Made by a program: the position numbers and the translations under genes
Notes under the pieces: model-generated
Told to the model about the DNA's origin: nothing
Database searches by the model: none
Seen by the model: only the letters and a program-made list of their open reading frames with translations
Source: Mobula hypostoma
Taxonomy: Eukaryota
NCBI RefSeq assembly: GCF_963921235.1
Contig: NC_086107.1
Coordinates: forward strand, 100,504,001-100,568,000
DNA length: 64,000 nucleotides
Direction: 5' to 3'
Part shown: one piece after another, positions 11,093-22,895 of the stretch
How the letters are laid out: the number at the start of each line of letters is the position of its first letter
How positions within the stretch are numbered: the stretch's first letter is position 1

Positions 11093-11689
11093 AAGACTGA
11101 TCTAGAGACTAAAGTTCTATACCATGTTTATAGTGACCTTACAAATGTCAGGCGGGGAGTGAGTTGCCCTTAAGGCATTTGTTTGACTTTGTTGGGTCTA
11201 TGTTTTAAATGATTTGTTTGTAACTATTTTCTAGTTAAAGTTAAAGGTTGATAATTATGTTACAGTATAACAAAGGTAAATCCATTGTCTATGGTGTATC
11301 GCGGCATGCGATGACGTCACCTCCGGTTTCGCCGCGTCTAATGTAACTCTGGTTCGGGAAGGTGTGAAGGCGGGTGTCATGCGTGCGGCATGATCGTGAA
11401 GAGCTCCGTTTCCACCCACAAAGAAACATTATAGAAGCAACGCCGTAAGTTCACAAGAATGCATTTGAAGTAAAAATATTAACGCCGTTTTTGTTAAGGA
11501 AGCGGCGGTTGGGGCGGCGTGCGTGTCGGCTTTTCAATTTCAAGTTTGGGTTGAGTTCGAGCCCGGCGGCGGTTTGAAGCAACCTCCTCATTCCGTACTC
11601 GGGTCGGTCGGCCGGAGACACTCGCTGAAAGAAGAGGGAGGGAGGGAGGGAGAGGGAGGAGGAGAGAGAGAGAGAGAGGGAGAGAGAGA

Positions 11690-12067
11690 GAGAACACGAG
11701 ATAGAGAGAGCATGAGCGCGCCATCGGAGAGTATTACAGAAAAGGAAAATATAAAACGTACGTCACCCCAGACTACACTAAAGTGTACCCCTGCCTAATA
11801 GGGATCAAAAATAATGACAGTGTTGCTCGCTGCACTGTTTGCAACAGTGACTTTTCTATTGCCCATGGTGGGTTAAGACTGTAAAAGACATGTTGAGGTG
11901 AGTTTAACAGGTGTCATTCGTTCATTAGCATAGCTAACGTTATTTAAACTAGCTGGCCAGCTGCTAAGGAGCTACTCTATTGCAGACATCCCACCTCTCC
12001 CGGGAGTCTCCCGCAAATTGATGATGCTACCTCCCTGAAATGAATTTTTTGCAGGGTGGGATGTCTG
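11690..12067. mobile_element. Right half of a non-autonomous TIR DNA transposon (same family as 22200-22873)
   Basis: Closely matches ~22490-22873 ('aaaatataaaacgta...cgtcaccccagacta...GGGATGTCTG'); left terminus absent. Confidence 0.8.
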
Positions 12068-12185
12068 CATCTTCCCCCTTCTTTTCCAGTCCTGAAGAAG
12101 TGTCTCCGCCAGAAATGTTGACAGTTCATTCAATTCCATAGATACTGCCCGACCTGCTGAGTTCCTCCAGCATTTTGTGTTTCTT
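12068..12185 (+). mobile_element. Penelope-like terminal-repeat fragment with degenerate hammerhead motif
   Basis: cagtcCTGAAGAagtgtctccgccaGAAATgttgac...gacctgctgagttcctccagcattttgtgt; same family as the copies at 18380, 35248 and 62173. Confidence 0.65.
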
Positions 12186-12364
12186 TGGATGGTGTGCAAG
12201 ATAGGTTTTTAACTGTACCCCAGTACTTGTGACAATAGTAAACCAATTTGCCAATTTAATTCACTAGTTTATTTTGAATGATCAAGGAATTGAACTGGCA
12301 CAGAAGAGAGATTGAGTCCAGCATAGATCAGCCATGATCATAATTGATGGTGGGGCTTGAGAGA

Positions 12365-14536
12365 CAGGGGCGGTGCTAAGATGGTGCTAGCTGGTGCTAT
12401 AGCCCCAGCAGAAATTGCAATAGCACCAGCGTAGCACCACCAAGAAATTAACTGAAATTTCACATACAAATTGCAGCTGCTTTGCTTTCTCTGTATAGTT
12501 TTGAATACAGCTTGTTTCTCCAGTTGATCTAATTAAACAGCCTCCCAATTACCATAGCACCCATGCAGCAATAAAGTTAGAAACTCTATAAGATCCACTC
12601 TACACTTCTGCTTATTCGTTCATTGTCAATGTCTTGCCGATGCTGCCCTGAGATCAGTTAAGCTGATCTAAGATCACTTAAGGTGATGATGTCACTCACT
12701 CTCACTCACGTGAGAGATTGATGGTGTACATCCAGGTGCAGATCCATGGTCTCGCGAGACTATTGGATGCCCTACACACACACACATTGTGCTTTTACAA
12801 GCTAGCGTCGGCCTGGCACGTGCATTATCTTGGCCGGCATGAAAAATGGATGGATTCCTAGTGAGAAAATGACTTCATCCAGAGGAATCAGTGGCGTCTC
12901 AACCTGGGCCTGTCTTAATTGAAAGTGACATGCAGAAAGAAGTAAGTGGGGATGAGGACGACAGCAGTTCATCGAAGGAGTGTGAGGGCGAAACTGAGGA
13001 ACAAGAAATGGAGCGGGATTCGGAAGAGAACTTGGATGAAGTTGCTCTTAGTGCGAGTGGAATACTGTTAGCAATGTTAGCCAGCAGCCTGAGGAAGGAC
13101 CCCGTCAGTCAGCATTGGAAAAACTACCCTTCGCTGCTCTCAACAGTTTGGCAATCAGCAAAGGAGTTTTATTCGTGGCTGGTTTGACTGACTGGAATAT
13201 TCGATTACGAAAGATACTACGTTCTGCTTCGCATGCAGGCCTTTCCTGTGTGGAGGACATGGGTTCCATTCTGAGTCTACCTTTACTGTCACCGGTTACC
13301 GCAACTGGCGGAAAGCTACAACGGCTTTCAAAACTCACCATGTAAGTGCAGCGCTAATGTTAGCTATGGAGGCATGGGCCGAATTCAAATTGAGAAAACA
13401 AGACGATTCAAGATTGGGAAATATGTTCAACAAAGGACTTGCAAAGATTGTCCAAAAAATCGTGAGTATATGAGAGCAGTGGTTGAGTCTCTAGCAAGAA
13501 CAGACAATGAATGACACAGTGGAATTTCTAGCTCCAATGAGACCCTACCGCAATGCATTTATAGATTTATACAAACTAATCTGCATATCACTGACTCTAC
13601 CTGTGACATCTGCCTCATGCAAACGGAGTTTCTCTTGCCTCAGATGCCTCAAAAACTACCTGAGGAATAGCAGCGGCGATGCTGGGAACAGCAATGGCCC
13701 TGTTGGCCATAAACAGCCGGAGGACCAAAGCACCTGACATCCGGAAAATCATTGATGCTTTCGCCACCAATCACAACAACAGATGGATTGTGCTTCTCTG
13801 AAAACATCAACGGTGAGTGCAGTTGATTTAAAAAAAATTTGGGCCAAGACTAATGCTGATTATTATTATTGTTATTATTATTATTATTATTATTTTGTGG
13901 TGGATACCCCATAGTCCTTATGTTTCCTGCAAATCCTAAACTATTACATTTACTACTATTAAGCCTACTGGTTTTGCTTAGACTTCCAAGTGGTGATTCT
14001 GTTGATATTTGTTTTAAATTCAGTAGCCGAATTAATTGAGGTATTGCATGGTCAGAGCATGATTTGTTCAACTCCTGGTGAAGCCTTGCATCTGTTATTT
14101 TCCTTATTTGACTTTAATAACGGTGTGTCTTTTGGCATTTTCTGTCTATGTAATGCGAATAGCAGTGGATATTATGGGTTAGTGTTGAGATTTTCAGTTG
14201 AAAAGTACGCATTTGACGCTGATAGTGAGACTGGTGCGTGATTGACGTTGTGCGCTGTGGGTCAGATGCTCTGTTGCTCTGTTTGTTTATGCTCTGTGTA
14301 GCCCGGGTTGTCTCTGATGCTGTGACACTGTCCAGAGTTCACTTCTATATTATATTTATCAATTGCTGTTGCTTATGAATCAACAGAGGCATTTATAATG
14401 CTTGAAACTGACTTTTGAACACCACGCGTCTGGCCTTGTGAATACATTTACCATGTAGCACATCCCTCAGCACCATCACTGAATAATTCAGCCCCACTGT
14501 GGCACCAGCAAGAAAAAATCTCTGGCGCCGCTACTG
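12365..14536 (+). mobile_element. Internally deleted hAT transposon (Tip100/ZMYM1-like)
   Basis: Imperfect TIRs CAGGGGCGGTGC / GCGCCGCTACTG; perfect 8-bp TSD ttgagaga; TTF-type zinc-finger relic (LEYSITKDTTFCFAC, ~13190) and hAT dimerisation motif LPVTSASCKRSFSCL..LKNYLRNS (13507-13737). Confidence 0.9.
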
Positions 14537-14696
14537 TTGAGAGACCAAGTGTCCTATCCCTGTGCCTACTATACTATGTGTTCTTTGATTACTAAACTTA
14601 CTTATTCAATATTAATTTAACATTAGGAACAGGAATAGGTTAATTGGCATATTGAGCCTGTTCTTTCATTCACCAGACTATAGTTGCCTGATTGCC

Positions 14697-15120
14697 ACTG
14701 AGGCCTGACACGGCCATTCTGGCAGAAACCTCAAAGGAGGTGGCTTGGGAAGACCAGCTTGAGGTGGTGTCTGAGAGTAAGAAAGCCAAATATGGGGAGC
14801 TAATAGAGCAGTGCCAGAGACAGGGGTGGAGGATGCTGTAGAGGTCTTGCTGCCTGCTTGCTCTGCAGAACCTACTTTTTCCTTGGCATTACAGGGGTGA
14901 CAAAGAGAGGAGTTATCAGGACCGTCACAGAGGCTGCTGGGTGTGTCTCCAGATGGCTACGGACCAAGAGCTGTGGCCTATGGACTAATGCTGCTGGGAG
15001 ACAAGCCAGAGTCTGATCGACCCAGGCTGGGTCACCTAGGCAAGGGTGTCTGAATTTGAAAGATCCACAACACCCGATGACCCCAGGTTACATCACTGAT
15101 GATTCGACCACCACATCCTG
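14697..15120 (+). mobile_element. 3' fragment of a Hero-like non-LTR retrotransposon (restriction-like endonuclease)
   Basis: Relic translation LRPD..., (P)WE..LE...ESKKAKYGEL..QC.RQGW, followed by a 3' UTR of the kind seen in Hero elements. Degenerate. Confidence 0.6.
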
Positions 15121-15407
15121 GGATATATCTCATCGCCTCCTGTCTCAGTTTCACTTTCCTGCACTATTTTCACTTTTTTAAAATTCTCCTACGCTTATTT
15201 ATTTCTGCTTTGATTGAACTCACTGATCCACCATAGCTCAACAGTGTGGAGAGTTATAAAAGATCACCAACTTTTGAGTGAAAACTTTTCTTAACTCAAT
15301 CCTAAATGGCCTACCCTCAATGGACTGTAATCTGTAATTTTGGATTCTTCATCCAGTGAAACATCATCCCTGCTCTCACCTGTTGTGTCATGTAGGTATT
15401 TTGTAAC

Positions 15408-17290
15408 CATAGTCATAGTCATACTTTATTGATCCTGGGGGAAATTGGATTTTGATGCAGTTGCACCATAAATAATAAATAGTAATAGAACCATAAATAG
15501 TTAAATAGTAATAGGTAAATTACGCCAGTAAATTATGAAATAAGTCCAGGACCAGCCTATCGGCTCAGGGTGTCTGACCCTCCAAGGGAGGAGTTGTAAA
15601 ATTTGATGGCCATAGGCAGGAATGACTTCCTATGACGCTCTGTGTTGCATCTCGGTGGAATGAGTCTCTGGCTGAATGTACTCCTGTGCCCACCCAGTAC
15701 ATAATGTAGTGGATGGGAGACATTGACCAAGATGGCATGCAACTTAGACAGCATCCTCTTTTCAAACACCACCGTGAGAGAGTCCAGTTCCATCCCCACA
15801 ACATCATGGGCCTTACAAATGAGTTTGTTGATTCTGTTGGTGTCTGCTACCCTCAGCCTGCTGCCCCAGCACACAACAGCAAACATGATAGCACTGGCCA
15901 CCACAGACTCGTAGAACATCCTCAGCATTGTCTGGCAGATGTTAAAGGACTTCAGTCTCCTCAGGAAATAGAGATGGCTCTGACCTTTCTTGTAGACAGC
16001 CTCAGTGTTCTTTGACCAGTCCAGTTTATTGTCAATTCGTATCTCTAGGTATTTGTAATCCTCCACCATGTCCACACTGACCCCCCTGGATGGAAACAGG
16101 GGTCACCGGTACCTTAGCTGTCCTCAGGTCTACCACCAGCTCCTCAGTCTTTTTCACATTAAGCTGCAGATAATTCTGCTCACACCATGTGACAAAGTTT
16201 CCTACCGTAGCCCTGTACTCAACCTCATCTCCCTTGCTGATGCATCCAACTATGGCAGAATCATCCGAAAACTTCTGAAGATGACAAGACTCTGTGCAGT
16301 AGTTGAAGTCTGAGGTGTAAATGGTGAAGAGAAAGGGAGACAAGACAGTCCCCTGTGGAGCCCCGGTGCTGCTGGTCACTCTGTTGGACACACAGTGTTG
16401 CAAGCACACGTACTGTGGTCTGCCAGTCAGGTAATCAAGAATCCATGATACCAGGGGAGCATCCACCTGCATCGCTGTCAGCTTCTCCCCCAGCAGAGCA
16501 GGGCAGATGGTGTTGAACGCACTGGAGAAGTCAAAAAACGTGACCCTCACAGTGCTCGCTGGCTTGTCCAGGTGGGCGTAAACACAGTTCAGCAGGTAGA
16601 CGATGGCATCCTCAACTCCTAGTCGGGGCTGGTAGGTGAATTGGAGGAGATCTAAGTGTGGCCTGACCATAGGCCAGAGCAGCTCCAGAACAAGTCTCTC
16701 CAGGGTCTTCATGATGTGGGAGGTCAATGCCACCGGTCTGTAGTCATTGAGGCCGCTGGGGCGTGGCGTCTTCGGCACAGGGACGAGGCAGGACGTCTTC
16801 CACAGCACAGGAACCCTCCGGAGCCTCAGGCTCATGTTGAATACATGGCGAAGTACTCCACATAGCTGAGGGGCACAGGCTTTGAGCACCCTGGTACTGA
16901 CACCATCCGGTCCTGCAGCCTTGCTTGGGTTGAGATGTTTCAGCTGTCTTCTCACCTGTTCAGCTGTGAAGCTCACCGTGGTGGTTTTGTGTGGGGAAGG
17001 GGTATAGTCATGAGAGCAGGGTGGGGGGCTGTGAGGAGGGGTAGGAGGGGAGAGTGGAATATGTGTTGGTTGGGGGCCGACAACAGATGGCTCATGTGGG
17101 GGATGGGCAGGGGCCACAATGTCAAATCTGTTAAAGAACAGGTTAAGTTTGTTGGCCCTATCCATACTGCCTTCAGCTCCTCTGTTGCTGGTTTGCCAAA
17201 ACCCAGTGATGGCCCTCATCCCCCTCCAGACCTCTCTCATGTTGTTCCGCTGGAGTTTCCACTCAAGCTTCTTCCTGTACCTGTCTTCAA
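15408..17290 (-). mobile_element. 5'-truncated Rex1/Babar-type LINE with RT domain and one frameshift
   Basis: ORFs 16032-17339 (KAAGPDG, NDYRPVALTS, FFDFSSAFNTI, GAPQGTVLSP, KFSDD) and 15557-16075; (TATGAC)n tail at 15408; 6-C run near 16081 versus 5 G in the plus-strand copy. Confidence 0.9.
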
Positions 17291-18379
17291 TGAGACTACC
17301 ATTGTTAAGGATCTCTTGCATAAGTACAGGCAAGCCCATTTTTAGTTATGCTCTTATCACTAACATCATCCCATTATATTATCAATGATCCCACTGATCA
17401 TTTGTTATTTCTGTCACTGATTTCTTGAATTAGTATTACTAGCCCCATTGTTAAACAGCCTTTTGATTTAGACTGCATACCTAGATCATTATTAAATATT
17501 TCAGCTTACTGAGGTTAACAATGTTAACAATTGCTTAAATAGGCAGAGTTAGGCCATTGTAACTGATCTCTTTTATTTCCAAAGGCAGTACATTATCAAT
17601 GGTCCCTTCAGTTATTGAAACCATCGCAATGATAACGTCCATCTCAGTAACTCCCACTAATCAATAAAGGAAGCAAGCTGAATGCATATCAAAAACATCT
17701 ACAAGTCGAACTTGGAAATGAATATAAAATTCAGGAAACTCCCACAAATGCTAGAGGAACCCAGCAGATCAGGCAGTGTCTATGGAGGGAAATGAACTGT
17801 CCACATTTCGAACTGAGATCCTTCATCGGGACTCAGTTCCGGAAACTTTTAGCAGGCTGAGGAGAAGCTAAATAACCTTCAGGGCTTCACACCTGATGAA
17901 AAATGTCGTACTTGAACTGTGTTCCTCTCTACACAGAAGCTGTCTGACCTGTTAGAGTATCAAAGAAAATGAGTTGAAGTTGACTAATTCTGAACAGACC
18001 AATGGCCATAATAATAGTTTTAATTTCTTTTCTGTTCTCCTCTATTAGTTTATGTTGTATTATCTTAAAGTAAAATATTTGTTTCACACTCTAATCATAA
18101 CATGTTTGAAGATTCTTTATTGATCATCTGTGGCACTGTTTGTTATTTTTTCTATTCCATTAAGTACATTCTCATTCACTTCTAAATCATTTATTTTATT
18201 TACTTTCATTTACAATTAATCACTCTGATTTGTAACTCTCCATTTTTTTTCGATTACTACTTTTAAATACAAAATATTTTCAGCTTAATTTCCAAATGGA
18301 ATTCAGCAGTCTCAATTTCCTTATTGGGCTAGAAACTGATCTATAAAATGGAAACAACATTTCTCAGTCTCGATTCAAT

Positions 18380-18594
18380 ACCATGCACACAATGCACTGG
18401 AAGAGCTCAGCAGGTCAGGCAGAATCTATGGTTGGGGATAAATGGTCGACGTTTCAGGCCGAGAGCCTTCATCAGGACCCGAAATATTGACAGTTTATTC
18501 CCATCCATAGATGGTGTCTGACCTGCTGAGTGCCTCCAGCGCATTGTGTGTATTGCTTCAGATTTCCAGCATCTGCACTACCTCTTGTGTCTTT
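18380..18594. mobile_element. Penelope-derived short palindromic element
   Basis: Inverted arms ~18386-18455 and ~18481-18550; flanked by the direct repeat gattcaat (18372-18379, 18595-18602). Confidence 0.7.
18444..18479 (-). ncRNA. Minimal type I hammerhead ribozyme motif
   Basis: Minus strand GGTC-CTGATGA-AGGC-tctcg-GCCT-GAAAC-GTC^GACC: intact core, 4-bp stems I and II, loop-less palindromic stem III (ACGT). Confidence 0.75.
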
Positions 18595-19394
18595 GATTCA
18601 ATGCAGTATCTTTAGTCCCGTTGATTCTGGGTAGTTAAAAATTCCCCCAAGAGTAGCGTCCTATTTTTTTTATTCATTGGCTCATGAATTGTAAGAGAAA
18701 ATGGTAGATTAGCAGTGATTTCCATTGTAAATTCATATCAGACCTGCAAAGTTAGCAGTAATTGAAATGGTCATACAAAAACTGCCTCCAGTTCTGAGAT
18801 GTGAGTTCTATTGCTTTATGGATATTGAATGATCATATGAAAGTTCTAGCATTTTCTATCTTTATTGCCATTCCCTTTTCAAATATTTTCTTTAATTAAC
18901 TTGGAAATGTTATTTTCCAAAAATAGAAATAGAAATATTACATTGCAGCAATAACTGGAAACTGTAAAAAGATAACACATGACAAATATCATATACAATG
19001 TCCAAATTTGCAGAAGCTTTCATAAAGGTCAGGTAAGTAACCAGAAGAAACGTTTAAGTTTAAACAGTGCCTTTCACAACTTTAGAAAAGCACTTTTATA
19101 CCAGTGGAATATTCACTACTACCTATGAACTGTGCAATTATATTTTTAGATACGAAACTGTACCGTGCACTCAGCTGAGGATGAAGCATTACTGCTGGCT
19201 TTAACTGAGGTATTCAGTTCTAAGGTTCCAATACATAGCTTTGTAAAACTATACCTCCATTCTGAAGAAAATTTCAGCTTTTTGTTGCATTTTATTCCAG
19301 TAATAATTTTAATATTTGCAAAAGGAAATGCTTCATGGAGAAGCCAAGCCATCTCTTTAACTACAAACATGCTTTTACTTGGCAGTTCTTTTTA

Positions 19395-19840
19395 GCAGAA
19401 TTCTGGTTACCCCATTATAAAAAGGATGTTGAGGCTTTGCAGAGGGCACAGAAGAGATTTACCAGGAAGCTGCTTGGTTTAGGGGGCAGATACTGTCACG
19501 GGAGGCTGGATAAACTTGTGTTGTTTTCTCTGGAGTGTTGGAAGGTGAGGTTTATAAGATTGTGAGAGGCATAGATAGTGCAGACAGGGAGTATCTGTTT
19601 CCCCGGGTTGAAATGTCTAATACCAGAGGGCATATATTGAAGATGACGGGGAAAGTTCAAGGGGGATATGAGGGGCAAGTTTGGATAGGTACAAGGGTAT
19701 AAGGAAGATGGAAGGATATGGACATTGTGTAGGTAGGAGGGATTCGTTTTTGGACACTTTCCATTTGCTTTTTAGCTGGTTTGGCATAATAATGTGGGCC
19801 ATATAGACCGTTCCTGTGCTGTACTGTTCTATGTTCTGTG
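19395..19840 (+). mobile_element. CR1 LINE 3' fragment
   Basis: FWLPHYKKDVEALQRAQKRFTR; ends in a (gttcta/t)n-type tail. Confidence 0.75.
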
Positions 19841-20219
19841 TTTTAATTCAGCAACCCCACAAACAGCCTGGGACTTGGCGTGTGCACATAACATTCTCTC
19901 TCAGTGTAATGCAGGGAGTATTATCTTACTGCCTACTCACTCATCTATTAACAAATTCCACCTGTCAGGCTCTAAAGCGAGTACTCATGTGTTTCACTGA
20001 ATTCTCTCAGATTTACCACTGCTACAAGCTGAGCAACCCATCTCCTGCAACCCACAAACACTGCCAATTTTCACACATGATGGCCCTGTCAGAGAAACTG
20101 TGTGGCGCAGTACTCAGTGACACGCTTCCCTCTCGCAGCACAAGGCTGTGCACAAAAAGGGCACAAAACCTCTGCAAAGGAAAATGATCAAGTCAAGTAA
20201 GTGGGCGAAACAGAGTCCG

Positions 20220-20748
20220 AGTCAGAATCAGAATCAGGTTTATTATCACCGGCGTGTGTCGTGAAATTTGTTAACTTAGCAGCAGCAGTTCAATGCAATA
20301 CATAATATAGAGGAAAAAAAATCAATCAATCAATCAATTACAGTATACAGTATGTATATTGAATAGGTTAAAAATCAGAAATAATATGTATTTAAAAAGT
20401 GAGGTAGCGTCCAAGGGTGAAATCTCCATTTAGGAATCGGATGGCGGAGGGGAAGAAGCTGTTTCTGAATTATTGAGTGTGTGCCTTCAGGCTTCTGTAC
20501 CTCCTCCCTGATGGTAACAAGGAGAAAAAGGCATGCCCTGGGTGCTGGGGGTCCTTAATAGTGGATGCTGCCTTTCTGAGACACGAGTCACTTGAAGATG
20601 TCCTGGGTACTTTGCAGGCTAGTACCCAAGATGGACCCGACTAAATTTACAACCCTCTGCAGCGTCTTTCAGTCTTGTGCAGTAGCCCTTCCCTCCATAC
20701 CAGACAGTGATACAGCCTGTCAGAATGCTGTCCACGATACATCTATAG
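20220..20748 (-). mobile_element. Rex1/Babar-type LINE 3' fragment with (TCTGAT)n tail
   Basis: Starts agtcagaatcagaatcaggtttatt; homologous to 30307-30895, 29535-30165 and 23680-23980. Confidence 0.7.
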
Positions 20749-21959
20749 AAGATAAGTTATCCTCCTTGGTACAAAGAATAGGAAAGCAGTATTTTATTTA
20801 GATAGTGCGCTCATACAAGCATATGAATTAGAAGGGGGAAAAACCCATTGAGCCATTGAGGCTGCTCTGCCCATTCAATAGTATGCTTAAGTTGAGTTGT
20901 TCTCCAATCTTGGTAATTTACTTGCAAAAATATTTCATCGCCACCTTATTCAGTAAGATCATAGTTGACACTGTGTAAACCCAACAATATATTCCTACCA
21001 CTCCTTAGAAACCTCCAGCCCCTGAGTTTATCAAGCATCTTTCTACCTTTGTCTTAATAATCTTCAAAGGTTCACTTTCATTACCCTTTGAGGAAGAAAA
21101 GACAAGGGACCTCAGAAGTTCAGTCAATGATCCTGGGGTCACGATTGACCACTGGGTAGAGGCAGTCTTGCAATTAGTGGATGCAATGGGCTGTTCAGTG
21201 TTGATATTATAATTACTAAAACAGAACATTATTGTTCATTGTTTGTGTAATCAAACAAATACCAAGGTAGGGAATGTATGCTTCACAGATAAGGTAATGG
21301 AAGCTGAGCCATACTAGCCAGATCCCTCTGCGCTTCAACCATTTAAGATTCACTAAATCACTGTTTCGTTTTTCTTGCCAAAAGAACTACTTCTCAATTG
21401 CCATTTTTTTTACACATTGGCAGACTAATATGCCTTATTATTATTGAGGCTCCTATGACAGTCAATCAACCTTAGTTGGCAGGCCTATTGTAGGCAGACC
21501 TGGTAGTACCAAAATCCTGAAGCAGGTACCCGAATTTGAATTCTGTCATGGCAAGACATTTCCAGGGAAAAAGATGTTTCAAGAATATTTTTAAAGTCTT
21601 CTTAGGACAAATCTTCCCCAACTCGTGGGAACTCTTGGCCTGTGACCACTCAAAATAGAGAAGGAGCATACAGAGGTCAAAGGAGCACAGCACAATGGGC
21701 ATCTGACAACTCAAACAGCCTGCACTGACCCATAGAGCACCACCTGCCCCATCTGTGGCGGAATATGCAGTCTGCACAGTTCTTCCACCACCTCTGAACC
21801 CACAGAACTGGAGTGAAGGCCATTTGTTAAGTCTCAAGGATCTGCCTCCGGACAAACTGGTGGGCAAAATGGGAATACAGGCGTCCCTGGGTTCCATCCT
21901 TGAGAGCTGATTTCTATAGTTACTTGCCTGTCTGCCTATTTGTCTAGCTATCTATCTAG

Positions 21960-22895
21960 ATCGCAGAAATGGCCCTTCAAGCCGCGTCACCCAGCTCTCC
22001 CGCAGTCTAATCTGAGCCTAATCACAGGACAACTCACAATGACTAACTAATCTACCCACCAGAATGTCTTCGGACTGTGGGAGGAAACCGGGGCACCCGG
22101 AGGAAATCTGTGCAGTCATGGGGAAGATGTACAAACTCCTTACAGGCAGTGGCGGGAATTGAACCCAGGTCACCTATACTGCAAAGCGTTGTGCTAACCC
22201 AGACATCCCACCTCTGCTGGAAGTCCCGGGAGTCTCCCGCATATTAATAGTGGCTCCTTGATGCCCGCAAATTATATACAATATCCTGGAAATCAATTTT
22301 TTTGAGAGCGAGAGAGCGTGACAGCAAGAGAGCGCGCGAGAGAGAGAGCAAGAGAGTGCGAGAGAGGGAGCGCGGCCATGAGAGAGAGAGCAAGAGAACG
22401 CGAGAGAGTGAGAGAGCATGTGAGAGAGACAGCGAGCAAGAGAGAGCATGCGAGAGAGAGAGAGAGAGAGCGAGAGCAAGAGAGTGACCACGAGATAGAG
22501 AGAGAGCGTGAGAGAGAGCGAGAGTGCGCCATGGGAGAGTATTCCAAAAAAAGAAAATATAAAACGTATGTCACCCCAGACTACCCTAAAGTGTACCCCT
22601 GCTGATAGGGATCAAAAATAATGACAGTGTTGCTCACTGCACTGTTTGCAACAGACTTTTCTATTGCCCATGGTGGGTTAAGACTGTAAAAGACATGTTG
22701 AGGTGAGTTTAACAGGTGTCATGCGTTCAGTAGCATAGCTAACATTATTTAAGCTAACTGGCTAGCTGCTAAGGAGCTACTCTTGCGGACATCTCACCTC
22801 TCCCAGAAGTTCTGGGAGTCTCCCGCAAATTGATGGTGCTACCTCCCTGAGTTTTTGCAGGGGGGGATGTCTGCTAAACACTACACTACCAAGCC
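21960..22895 (-). mobile_element. tRNA-derived V/HE1-like SINE interrupted by a TIR element
   Basis: V-domain 'ggactgtgggaggaaaccgg..cacccggagg', B-box gggaattgaaccc, and an A-box (rc ggtagtgtagtg..tagc) split at 22200. Confidence 0.7.
22200..22873. mobile_element. Non-autonomous TIR DNA transposon (hAT-like) with internal GA-rich microsatellite
   Basis: Termini CAGACATCCCACC / GGGGGGATGTCTG; subterminal repeats of gggagtctcccgca; flanks ctaacc/ctaaac. Confidence 0.8.

Larger units (their letters stand above)
2978..11640 (+). mobile_element. BEL/Pao LTR retrotransposon, pol-deleted; 5' LTR (2978-3037 plus 7839-~8411) split by a Gypsy insertion, 3' LTR 11160-~11640 truncated
   Basis: Direct repeat 'ccttaaggcatttgtttgactttgttgggtcta...gatgacgtcacctccgg' occurs at 2978/7839 and at ~11167. 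Purine tract ggcggggag immediately precedes TG at 11160. The internal region encodes BEL-type Gag and protease. Confidence 0.85.

Noticed and set aside
20885..21330. Possible old Penelope fragment of a second family
   Set aside because: Only faint resemblance to Penelope termini; too decayed to support without a search.
22140..22200. tRNA gene
   Set aside because: The A/B-box-like motifs belong to SINE heads; no complete cloverleaf is seen.
22174..22605. Arg/Glu- and Ser/Leu-rich ORFs (also 11494-11798)
   Set aside because: Translations of GA/CT microsatellites inside a non-autonomous transposon.
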